From positions 32,001 through 96,000 of the IMG/VR virus record IMGVR_UViG_3300036790_000425: a stretch of DNA of 64,000 bases; one strand, written 5' to 3'. Each line of letters begins with the position of its first letter. Position 1 is the first letter of the stretch. The position numbers and the translations under genes were made by a program. The DNA comes from a virus. Under the pieces are notes generated by a model. The model saw only the letters and a list, made by a program, of their open reading frames with translations, did no database searches and was not told where the DNA came from. Positions 16,842-24,964 of this stretch are shown here, piece by piece.

Positions 16842-19800
16842 CTATTCGAGCGTGTCCTGACCGCCGCGCCGCAGGAACTCCATCGTGGCCGACACCTTCG
16901 CCGCCGGCAGGCCGCACCGCTCACAGGAGTCCGCGGCTGCCACCTTGTCCAGGCCGCCCGTCCCGCCGGTCGGGATCTCCTGCTTGTTCTTCAGGTCCCA
17001 GATCGCGATCTGATTATGGTGCTGCGCCATCCTGGTCGCCCCCTCCAGGCCGTGAACGTTGTGAGAGATGTCCAGGAACACATTCCCCGACTCATGATCA
17101 TGCCACGTCCCGAGATGCGCCCCGGGCTGCGCGAAGTGGCTGGCATGTCCCTGGATATAACTGCGCAGGACGTGATGTCCCTGCGGTCCGAAGAACTCGT
17201 GCGCCGGCAGGAAGTGGCTGCCCTCCTGCTGAGCCACCATGTAGCCGCCCGACGGGGACCGGCCCGAGGTCAGGCTTACAGAATGACCGCCGTTGCGGTG
17301 CGTCCGGTCGATGATCCGGTGCATATCCCGGAAGGAGCTGGTCGGCTCCCTGCTGCGCGCCTCAGTCCTGATCCCGGCGCCCAGCGGGAAGCGCACCACC
17401 TGGTCGCCGCGCTTCACGTGCAGGTGCGTGAACGACACCTGGCGGGCCGGGTGCGACGGCGGGACCGGGTCGCCGTCCTCCAGGTAGGCCAGGGTGACGT
17501 GCGGCCGGTAGTCCTGGTGCTCGCTCGCGCTCAGGTCCTCCAGCTCGCGGCGCAGCTGGCTGATGCCGGGCACGTAGGCCGGGACGAAGACCGGGGTCTT
17601 CCCGTCACTGGCCTCGCTCGGCGGGAAGGTGCCCGTGCCGCGCAGCACGCCGTGCAGCGGCTTCGAGCGGGCCCCTGCCTCGGCCGCCCGCTGCATGGCG
17701 GTGCCGAACGCCTCGTCGCTCAGCCCCTTGCCCAGGTAGACCACCGTGATGTGGGGCTCGTCGTCCACCCCGCCCGGGACCCGCTCGATCAGGCCCTCCG
17801 GGATCGGCAGGTAGATCATCCCGCTGCGGGGCGCTACGTCGTAGCCGGCTACGCCCTCGCGAGGCTCAAGTTTCGTTGACTCTTGCTCTTGAACATCCAA
17901 GGAAACCCCGCCTGCACTTGAATGATCGCGCCGGACTGATGCCGACTTGCGAACGTTGTCCCAGGACTTGGCGAAGGCCGGGTGCAGGTCCAGGTGCTTC
18001 ACCTCTCGCGGCGCGAACCAGCCGGCCCCGGCGATCTCGTGATCGGTCTCGCCCCGGCCGCGCGGGGTGAACAGCTCCGGCGAGTCGTAAGAGACGGTGT
18101 GGAACTTCCAGTCACCGCAGTCGGTGGACACGGTCGTGGACCGGTGGCTGGTGCCGCGCGGCAGCGCGCCCATCTCCTCCCGGAACTCCCGCAGCGCGCC
18201 GTCCTCGGGGCTCTCGTCCTTCCCCCTCGCGCCGGACGGGATTGACCAGGTGTCCGGGTGATCCACGGCCGGGCTGCGCTTCTGAAGCAGGTAGCGGACC
18301 TGGCCGTCCTCGCCCTTGTGGCGCATCAGCAGGCCCGCCGCGCCGTACGCGCCCCAGTGCTCATGACCCTTCGAGCAGGTGACCATCCGGTCGCCGTCCG
18401 AGCCAGAGGCCACGCGCACGGCGGACGGCCTGATCTCGTTATACCCGGTCATGCCACCAGTTCGAGGTGTTCCCGGATATAGGCCACCGTCAGCTCGAAC
18501 AGCACCGGATCGTCCCCGAGATTCCGTACTCGGAAGTTGCATCCCACGCACAGCAGCTTGCGCTTCTTGCCCGTGACGTGGTTGTGGTCCACGCACAGGC
18601 TGATCCGATCCGAAGCCCCTGCCTCGATCGGGCAGATCGCACACTTGCCGCCCTGGGCGGCCAGCATCTCCTCGTACTCCTCGATGGTGATGCCGTAGGT
18701 CCGCTTCAGGTAGACGTTGCGCACGTACCTGGCCCTGCCACCCTTGCGCTCCATCATCCGGGCCTGAGCCGCAGCCTGGTGAATCGTCGCGCACGGCGGG
18801 CAGTAGCTCCCCCTGAACGTGGCGCGGGTGCCCTCCGTCCCGCATGTGGCGCACCACCTCGGGGTCTGGTCGGTCCGGTACCGCTTCATGCGCTCGACCT
18901 GCTGAGTGCTGCGGCACTTCTTGCACACGCCCCGGAAGTAGCCCTTCGGTCCGGCCTTCTTGCCGGGCGGAGTCCAATCGAAATGATCCTGGTCCTGCGG
19001 CTTGGTCTCGTGGCAGCGAGTGCAGGTCTTGGTGTCCATAGCCACTAATGTTACCCGGAGAAACATTGCCGGGGCCGGACGCGCCGGGCTCAGAGAAGAC
19101 GAGTTTCCTGATCTTCTCCAAAATCCTATCAGGACTATAGGAAAGCCATTTCTCGATCAGGTTGCCAGCGTCCTGCCAGCCGTCGCCCTCGTCACTGAAG
19201 GCCCGGCGGCGCTCAGCGTGCAGCCGCTCCCACAGGGCCCTGGCCTGCCGGGTGCGGGCGGGCTCGGCCTGGCGCAGGATGGCCCGGGCCTCGGTGGCCA
19301 CGGCACGGGCCTGGGACAGGATCGCGGGATCGAAATCGGCGGCCGAGTGCGCCGGCAGGTGCGGCGGCCGGACCGCCCACTTCGAGTCGCTGAGATCCCA
19401 GGCCGCGTAGGGCTTGATCCGCCGGATATCCCAGGCACCCGGGTTGACGTAGCCGGTCAGGTCAAAGTGACCGCCGCAGTCCGGGTGCCAGTCCGGGTCG
19501 TTGAAGTGCCTGCGCAGGACATCATTCAGCGCCGCGTCAATCGCGGCATCACCCTTCTTCGGCCAGCCGACTGCACGGTTCCAGTTCCAGGCCTCGTAAT
19601 CCACGCCGATCAGGATGTCCAGGTCCGTGGCCGCGTCGTTGGGACGGCCGCCGGCCCACTCGCTGGCGCTGCCGCCGGCCAGGTAGACCTTCAGGTACTC
19701 TTGCCACTCCGAGCCAGTCAGGCCGCCGTCTACGCGCAGCGCCCGGTCCAGCCGCTCCATGATGTCGTGGCGCACGGCCGGGCGCAGCTCGTGACGGCTG

Positions 19801-19877
19801 TTGAACAGCACCGGGTCAAGCCCGCTGGTCGGCCCGAAAATGCCGCTGGACGGCAGGTACCGGGCTGCCTCGGTCAC
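16842..19877 (-). CDS. multidomain protein: Pol-beta-type nucleotidyltransferase, NUDIX hydrolase, 2H phosphoesterase and a C-terminal phage domain; the NUDIX part may also start independently at 18452
   Basis: YLAGGSAS..DLDIL; G.RGKDESPEDGALREFREEMG NUDIX box; PHITV and PHVTL; GTG 19877 overlaps the upstream stop. Confidence 0.75.
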   Translation of the reverse strand: MTEAARYLPSSGIFGPTSGLDPVLFNSRHELRPAVRHDIMERLDRALRVDGGLTGSEWQEYLKVYLAGGSASEWAGGRPNDAATDLDILIGVDYEAWNWNRAVGWPKKGDAAIDAALNDVLRRHFNDPDWHPDCGGHFDLTGYVNPGAWDIRRIKPYAAWDLSDSKWAVRPPHLPAHSAADFDPAILSQARAVATEARAILRQAEPARTRQARALWERLHAERRRAFSDEGDGWQDAGNLIEKWLSYSPDRILEKIRKLVFSEPGASGPGNVSPGNISGYGHQDLHSLPRDQAAGPGSFRLDSARQEGRTEGLLPGRVQEVPQHSAGRAHEAVPDRPDPEVVRHMRDGGHPRHVQGELLPAVRDDSPGCGSGPDDGAQGWQGQVRAQRLPEADLRHHHRGVRGDAGRPGRQVCDLPDRGRGFGSDQPVRGPQPRHGQEAQAAVRGMQLPSTESRGRSGAVRADGGLYPGTPRTGGMTGYNEIRPSAVRVASGSDGDRMVTCSKGHEHWGAYGAAGLLMRHKGEDGQVRYLLQKRSPAVDHPDTWSIPSGARGKDESPEDGALREFREEMGALPRGTSHRSTTVSTDCGDWKFHTVSYDSPELFTPRGRGETDHEIAGAGWFAPREVKHLDLHPAFAKSWDNVRKSASVRRDHSSAGGVSLDVQEQESTKLEPREGVAGYDVAPRSGMIYLPIPEGLIERVPGGVDDEPHITVVYLGKGLSDEAFGTAMQRAAEAGARSKPLHGVLRGTGTFPPSEASDGKTPVFVPAYVPGISQLRRELEDLSASEHQDYRPHVTLAYLEDGDPVPPSHPARQVSFTHLHVKRGDQVVRFPLGAGIRTEARSREPTSSFRDMHRIIDRTHRNGGHSVSLTSGRSPSGGYMVAQQEGSHFLPAHEFFGPQGHHVLRSYIQGHASHFAQPGAHLGTWHDHESGNVFLDISHNVHGLEGATRMAQHHNQIAIWDLKNKQEIPTGGTGGLDKVAAADSCERCGLPAAKVSATMEFLRRGGQDTLE
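18449..19039 (-). CDS. endonuclease VII-family (homing-type) nuclease nested in an alternate frame
   Basis: YGITIEEYEEML..QGGKCAIC..LCVDHNHVTG..R.LLC..CN; N-terminal CxxC fingers. Confidence 0.88.
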   Translation of the reverse strand: MDTKTCTRCHETKPQDQDHFDWTPPGKKAGPKGYFRGVCKKCRSTQQVERMKRYRTDQTPRWCATCGTEGTRATFRGSYCPPCATIHQAAAQARMMERKGGRARYVRNVYLKRTYGITIEEYEEMLAAQGGKCAICPIEAGASDRISLCVDHNHVTGKKRKLLCVGCNFRVRNLGDDPVLFELTVAYIREHLELVA

Positions 19878-22800
19878 GCCGTCAGCGCCTTGCGCTCGGG
19901 TTCGGTCCACGCACCTTCCGTGCTGCGCAGGATCTCTGCTGCCTCGTCCGCGGTGCCGGCCAGGTGACCGGACATCTGCCGCAGCAGGTCCGGCATGCTC
20001 TCCGCGAGCGGCAGGTGCTCGCACCTGGCCGCCAGCGTCCCCAGGGCGGCCGACACGATCCGCAGGGCGCCGGGTACCTCGTGCAGCATGGACACGACAT
20101 CCTCGGCGCTCTGGGGCTGGTAGGACGCGATCCGCATCGGCATGTCCCGCAGCGCCCGGGCGACCGACACCGGCTGCGCCTTCTCAGGCAGACTCGCCGC
20201 GGCGGCAGCCTCGTGCACCTGGTGGATGAAGCTGGCCGGCAGGGGCTCGCGCAGCGCGTGCACGGTGCCCTCCGTGGCCTCCCGTGGCTCGCTGAGGTAG
20301 CGCGAGACCTGGTCCCGGGGCACGTGGATCTCCACGACGCGCGGGCTCGTCCAGTCCCGCTGCCCGGCGATCAGGGCGGCGCCGTCCCGGCTGGTGGTCA
20401 CCGTGGGCTGGTCCGGGGACTGGGCCGGACGCAGGCCGCCGGACTGGATGCCGGCGGTGTCGTCGTGGTGCGCGCCGTGGTAAAGCACGTAGGGATCAGC
20501 GGGCTGACCCAGTGCGGCCTCATGATCGCCCCAGCCCTCGTCCTCCTCGTCATACCGGGACTCGATGTGCTCCGGGACCGGCATCTCGCGGTGCACGCCG
20601 AACCCGGTCCGGCTGCGCACGTCGCCTGGGTTCACCCGGCGCGAGTTTCCTCCCTCGTCATGAGTCGGGTCCTTCTCGACGTCGTCGGCATGCGGGGTGA
20701 CCTCGAAAACCCTGGGCCGGCCGCCGTGCGCCTCCGCCGCGCGCTCGGCGTAGTCCCAGGCGCTGCCCGGGTCCGCCGTGGCGAAAGCGTGCGTGCCGTC
20801 GTGATCCTGCGGGAAGTTCCGCCGCCCGCTGCCCTGCGGGGTGATCTGATCCGGATCGCCGCTGTCGTTCGTGCCGTGGTAGTAGGGTCCCCGGGCCGGC
20901 TCACCGCGCTTGCCCCGGTCCAGGGCATCCATGTCCCGGCGGAAATTGCGATCATGCTCGCCCTCGCTGGCGTCGAACATGCCGTAGCAGTGCTGGCACA
21001 CAGCCGGGCTCCGGCCGCCGCCCTCGCCGTGGTCACCCGGGCCAGGCGGCCGGAACCGGCGGCTGCCGCAGTCCGGGCAGGCGGCATCCTCGTGCGGGAC
21101 GGCCGGCTCCAGCGCGGCGGTGCGCTTCTGCTTCTCCAGGGCGCGCAGGCCCTTCCGGTAGGGCTCGTAGACGGAATCCGTCTCGTCGTTCACCCAGCTG
21201 TAGCTCTCCGGGCCGTTCCGGTCGTCGCGCATGTAGCGGGCGGAGCCGTGCCAGGGCTCGTGCACGGCCAGCATCTGCCGGGGGTGCACGTCACCGCGCA
21301 TGATCACGTGGTGGTGGCCCTCGCCCCACTCCCTCAGCTTGCCCTGGTCGTAGCTGCCGTCCTTATTGCGGGCATGCCAGGGTGACTCGGCGTTGCCGGA
21401 GATCTCATCCGGGTGGGCGTGGTACTCCACGACAGCCGCATGCCCTGAGTGATCATCCAGGATGTCGTCCGGGCGCTTAGTGGAGGCCCACACGCCGGCC
21501 GACGGGTCATCCAGGTTGTGGTCCCCGGCATCGCCCCGGGCGCGGCTGCGCTGGAGTCCGTGCTGCCGGATCGAGTCCACGTTGTCCAGCGGGGTGTAGT
21601 GCCAGAGCCGGACGCGCCCGGCCGGGATCTCGGCGGTGCCGGGATCGGCCGGCAGCTCATCTCGGCTGTGCAAGGCGCCCTCCTTCGGGATGCCGACGTC
21701 GGTATAGTTCACCGTGCCGTGCTGACCTGGCCGGTGGCTGACCGGGACGTGGCGGTCCACCGGATGCCACGTCCAGCCCGGCGGGTTGTGCTCGGGGTGC
21801 AGGGGGTGCACCGTGCCCTCCTTGCCGGGCTCGCCCACCCAGGCCCCCTCCACGTGCACCGAGGAGCCGGGGTGCAGCCGGACCTCCGCCTCCGACGGCA
21901 GCGACTCGTGCCTGCCGCGCCACATCGGGTGCGAGCGGGAGATGGCCTGGGACTCCGGGTGCTCCAGCCGGGACTGCCACACCACCGGCCGGGTGCTCGG
22001 GCCGCCCCGTTCGGGGCCGGTGATAACGCCCTCCGGCTTCGCGCTCCAGTGCATGCCGAGCGAGCGGGTGCCGGAGATGTCCTCGCCGGCCGGGCGGCGC
22101 TCGCCGCGCCACAGCCGCAGGCCCGGCTCGGGCCTGCTGGCCACGTCCAGCATCTTCCTGCTGTAATCCCGGTCATCGGCAGCCGCCAGGCCCTCGCGCT
22201 GGGAGTCGATCATCGGCGGCAGGTGGCTCAGGTCCGGCGGCCGGTGCGGGCTCAGGCCGCTGCCGGGGAAGTCCCGGGACAGGCCGCGCCCGTGCCGGTC
22301 GTTGGCTACCTGGATCTTGGCATCGGTGTAGTGACGGCGGGCCAGCGCCGCGGCGTCCTCATGCCCGGCACCGTCCAGGGCCAGGGCGTAGTGCCAGGTG
22401 AAGCCCCGGCCGTGGCGCCGCTCGTCCGGGTCCTTGTCGCTCGGCCGCGGGTGCCTGTCCCAGGACTCCCGGGGCCGGGCCTCCTCCAGCGCCTGCCGCT
22501 TATCGGTCATGACGTGCGCGGCATGATGAGCCAGCTCATGGATGCTGCCGTGCTCCGGGGCCACGGCGGAGTCGATGTCCTCGCGCGGCATGAAGAAGCT
22601 GGCCTGACCGAGCATCTTCCGCAGCGTGCCGGTGCGGTCCTCCGGAGCCTGGCCCAGGTGCGGGTGCTCCTGGCTGACTTTCGCCTCGACGGCGGCGTGC
22701 ACTGCGCGGTTGGGCTCGGCAGCGACGTGATCAGCCACAGCGGTGCGGCGGACCCGGGGGAGCGGGATCTGGCTGCGCGTGGCCGCGTACCCCTCCGCTG

Positions 22801-24628
22801 AGGCGTGCCACTTGTCGTCCGGGTGATAGTCGATCTCCAGGGTGTGACCGCGCACGCCCGTCTCGCCCTGGTGGCGCCAGCGCTCATCCGGGGCAGCCGA
22901 GGCCCGGGTGTAGCCGCCGCGTGACTGGAGGTACCCGTTGTGCTGGGCGTCATCCCATTCACCCGGATCAGCAACCCGGTAGAGCTTGCTGACCGGCTTG
23001 CCGCTCAGAGTCAGGCCGCCCTCCGGATGCTGCTCGATCCGGCCGCCGTATAGCTCCCCGGGCGAGGGGAGGATGCTCCCGGGCCGGGGCAGCGCAGGCC
23101 CTGAGAGCGCCCGGGAGAGACGCTCCTCGGACTCCCTCCTCTGGCTGTCGTCAGCGGCTGCTGCGACGTGCTCACCGCTCTCGGCCTCGAAGTGCGCCAC
23201 GACGGCCGCCTGATGCTCGCCGCTGACGAAGTGCTCCGGCTTCAGGTCCGAGGCGCGGACGGTGTAGAACTTCTCCGTGCCGCCGCCGAACGAGTCGTTC
23301 TCGGTGGCCAGGTGCCGGGGCACCCGGACATGCACGGCCTCCGGACCGTAGCCGCCGCCGTAGAAGCCGTGCGGGACGTCCGAGAAGAACACCGGGCCCT
23401 GCTTGCCGTGCTGGTCGATCATCCGGCGCTGGCTGCGGATCGCGGCGGCGTTCTCCGGCGTGGTGTGGTGGTACAGGTCCACCTGATCAGCGGCACCCTC
23501 GTGGCGCGTCGGCTCATCATCGTCGTCGCGGTGCATCTCCTGGCACTCCGGGCAGTTGCGGGGCTGGTCGCTCTCGCGCGAGGTGTCGGCCACCACGCCC
23601 TCCATCGAGGACTTGCCCGTCAGCCGGGCCCGGGCATACCGGTGGTGGCCGTCAAGCAGGTAGGTCCTGCCCTCATGGCGGACGAACCGGGCCGGCTCCT
23701 CGTCGTAGGGGCGCCCCGTCTCGTGCTCGTAGCGGTCCACGAGCTGCTTATCGTGCATCGTGTCGGCGTGCACGAAGGGCTGGTGAACGTGGATCTGCTG
23801 CCTCAGCGAGACGCGCTCAGGAGCCATGTGACGCCAGTGGTCCTCCTGCTGGTCCAGGTCGTCCGGCCAGCCGTGGTGCTCCAGCCGGGGGATCTCGTGC
23901 GGCTCGACGTGCGGGCCCCAGGAGTGCGGGAAGTGCACCACGCCGTTCTCGTCAGCGCGGCGGTTCACCCAGTCGCTGATCCGGTCCTCGCGGCGCTCCC
24001 GGGCGGCAGGGGAGGCAGTCTCGTAGCCAGCCCCGAAATGGTCCATGAGACCGCCGGTCACCTCGCGGATCACCCGGAGCGGGTGCTCGCTGTAGTGGCT
24101 CCGGGGATTCCACCGGTCCGGCTTGTGCTCGCCGGTCGGCTCGACCTCGAACACCCGGGCGTGCTCCGGCGGCCTGCCCTGCTCGCGCGCCGCCTGGCTG
24201 GCAACGTCCCGGGCCCAGCCCGGGCTCTCAGTGAAGAAGGTCTCCTCGCTCGGGCCCTCCCAGCCGCGGTCCAGGGCGCGGGGCATCCCCGTGGTCACCA
24301 TGTCGTCAGGCTGGAACGGGTGCGTGGTGCCGTGATAGAAACGCGGCCCGGTACCGGCCTCGAAATGCTCCAGGACGCCGGAGCGCCAGTGCTTGCGGCG
24401 GGGCTGGGGCTGGCCGGGGCAGTGCGGGTCGCGGGCGCCCTTATCGGTGGTGCCGGTGCCGCCGCAGCGCCCGCAGGACGAGCCGTCGCCGTGCTCGCCC
24501 GTGCCGCCGCAGCAGGAGCAGGACTCCTGGCCCCGGCCGGGGCGGGCGGCGGCGCTCATGCCCCTTACATTAGCAAGGTTTCCTGTAACAGGCGAGAGCG
24601 GAGCGAAGTGCGCCAGCAGCGGGTCCAT
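19874..24628 (-). CDS. 1584-aa polyvalent protein: about 7 ADP-ribosyltransferase-fold domains, ParB-like domain, HExxH zincin, Zn ribbons, C-terminal helical domain
   Basis: FYHGT..RVFEVEPTG, LYHHT, LYRV, LWRGE..WS..EAEV, LWHYT, YYHGT..RVFEV, LYHGA; LLDGHHR; HELAH; RBS AGGAGG. Confidence 0.8.
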   Translation of the reverse strand: MDPLLAHFAPLSPVTGNLANVRGMSAAARPGRGQESCSCCGGTGEHGDGSSCGRCGGTGTTDKGARDPHCPGQPQPRRKHWRSGVLEHFEAGTGPRFYHGTTHPFQPDDMVTTGMPRALDRGWEGPSEETFFTESPGWARDVASQAAREQGRPPEHARVFEVEPTGEHKPDRWNPRSHYSEHPLRVIREVTGGLMDHFGAGYETASPAARERREDRISDWVNRRADENGVVHFPHSWGPHVEPHEIPRLEHHGWPDDLDQQEDHWRHMAPERVSLRQQIHVHQPFVHADTMHDKQLVDRYEHETGRPYDEEPARFVRHEGRTYLLDGHHRYARARLTGKSSMEGVVADTSRESDQPRNCPECQEMHRDDDDEPTRHEGAADQVDLYHHTTPENAAAIRSQRRMIDQHGKQGPVFFSDVPHGFYGGGYGPEAVHVRVPRHLATENDSFGGGTEKFYTVRASDLKPEHFVSGEHQAAVVAHFEAESGEHVAAAADDSQRRESEERLSRALSGPALPRPGSILPSPGELYGGRIEQHPEGGLTLSGKPVSKLYRVADPGEWDDAQHNGYLQSRGGYTRASAAPDERWRHQGETGVRGHTLEIDYHPDDKWHASAEGYAATRSQIPLPRVRRTAVADHVAAEPNRAVHAAVEAKVSQEHPHLGQAPEDRTGTLRKMLGQASFFMPREDIDSAVAPEHGSIHELAHHAAHVMTDKRQALEEARPRESWDRHPRPSDKDPDERRHGRGFTWHYALALDGAGHEDAAALARRHYTDAKIQVANDRHGRGLSRDFPGSGLSPHRPPDLSHLPPMIDSQREGLAAADDRDYSRKMLDVASRPEPGLRLWRGERRPAGEDISGTRSLGMHWSAKPEGVITGPERGGPSTRPVVWQSRLEHPESQAISRSHPMWRGRHESLPSEAEVRLHPGSSVHVEGAWVGEPGKEGTVHPLHPEHNPPGWTWHPVDRHVPVSHRPGQHGTVNYTDVGIPKEGALHSRDELPADPGTAEIPAGRVRLWHYTPLDNVDSIRQHGLQRSRARGDAGDHNLDDPSAGVWASTKRPDDILDDHSGHAAVVEYHAHPDEISGNAESPWHARNKDGSYDQGKLREWGEGHHHVIMRGDVHPRQMLAVHEPWHGSARYMRDDRNGPESYSWVNDETDSVYEPYRKGLRALEKQKRTAALEPAVPHEDAACPDCGSRRFRPPGPGDHGEGGGRSPAVCQHCYGMFDASEGEHDRNFRRDMDALDRGKRGEPARGPYYHGTNDSGDPDQITPQGSGRRNFPQDHDGTHAFATADPGSAWDYAERAAEAHGGRPRVFEVTPHADDVEKDPTHDEGGNSRRVNPGDVRSRTGFGVHREMPVPEHIESRYDEEDEGWGDHEAALGQPADPYVLYHGAHHDDTAGIQSGGLRPAQSPDQPTVTTSRDGAALIAGQRDWTSPRVVEIHVPRDQVSRYLSEPREATEGTVHALREPLPASFIHQVHEAAAAASLPEKAQPVSVARALRDMPMRIASYQPQSAEDVVSMLHEVPGALRIVSAALGTLAARCEHLPLAESMPDLLRQMSGHLAGTADEAAEILRSTEGAWTEPERKALTA

Positions 24629-24658
24629 GAGTTGCCTCCTGAACCTTCTGCGGGCAGC

Positions 24659-24688
24659 AAAAGGGCCGGGGAGGGCTACTCCCCGGCC
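24659..24688 (-). terminator. intrinsic terminator
   Basis: GGCCGGGGAG/CTCCCCGGCC stem followed by CTTTT on minus strand. Confidence 0.65.
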
Positions 24689-24705
24689 TCATCCCGGTCA
24701 GGCGG

Positions 24706-24900
24706 TCAGGCGGCGGCGCGGTACTGCTGGCACGGGCCGCCGTCGGCGCCGCGGTGGCACGCGAAGGCCAGGCACTCGGTCTGGCCGTTGCTGTGCAGCG
24801 CGAAGGGGTGGCCGCAGTGGCCGCATGCACCGGATGCGTGCGGGTGCGGGCGGGCGGCGATCCGTCCCGGCAGGGTCGCCACGGCGGATTCCTGGGTCAT
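24706..24900 (-). CDS. small Cys/His zinc-binding protein
   Basis: CGHCGH...H...C...C...C; RBS AGAGG. Confidence 0.6.
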   Translation of the reverse strand: MTQESAVATLPGRIAARPHPHASGACGHCGHPFALHSNGQTECLAFACHRGADGGPCQQYRAAA

Positions 24901-24964
24901 CGCTGGCCTCTTTCATATATCAGCTTCATTGATAAGTGCTCTCTTATTGTCCAACCACCGTCAA

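Noticed and set aside
24058-24345. Arr-like domains as rifampin resistance genes
   Set aside because: Only fold-level motif similarity inside a phage polyprotein; substrate cannot be inferred
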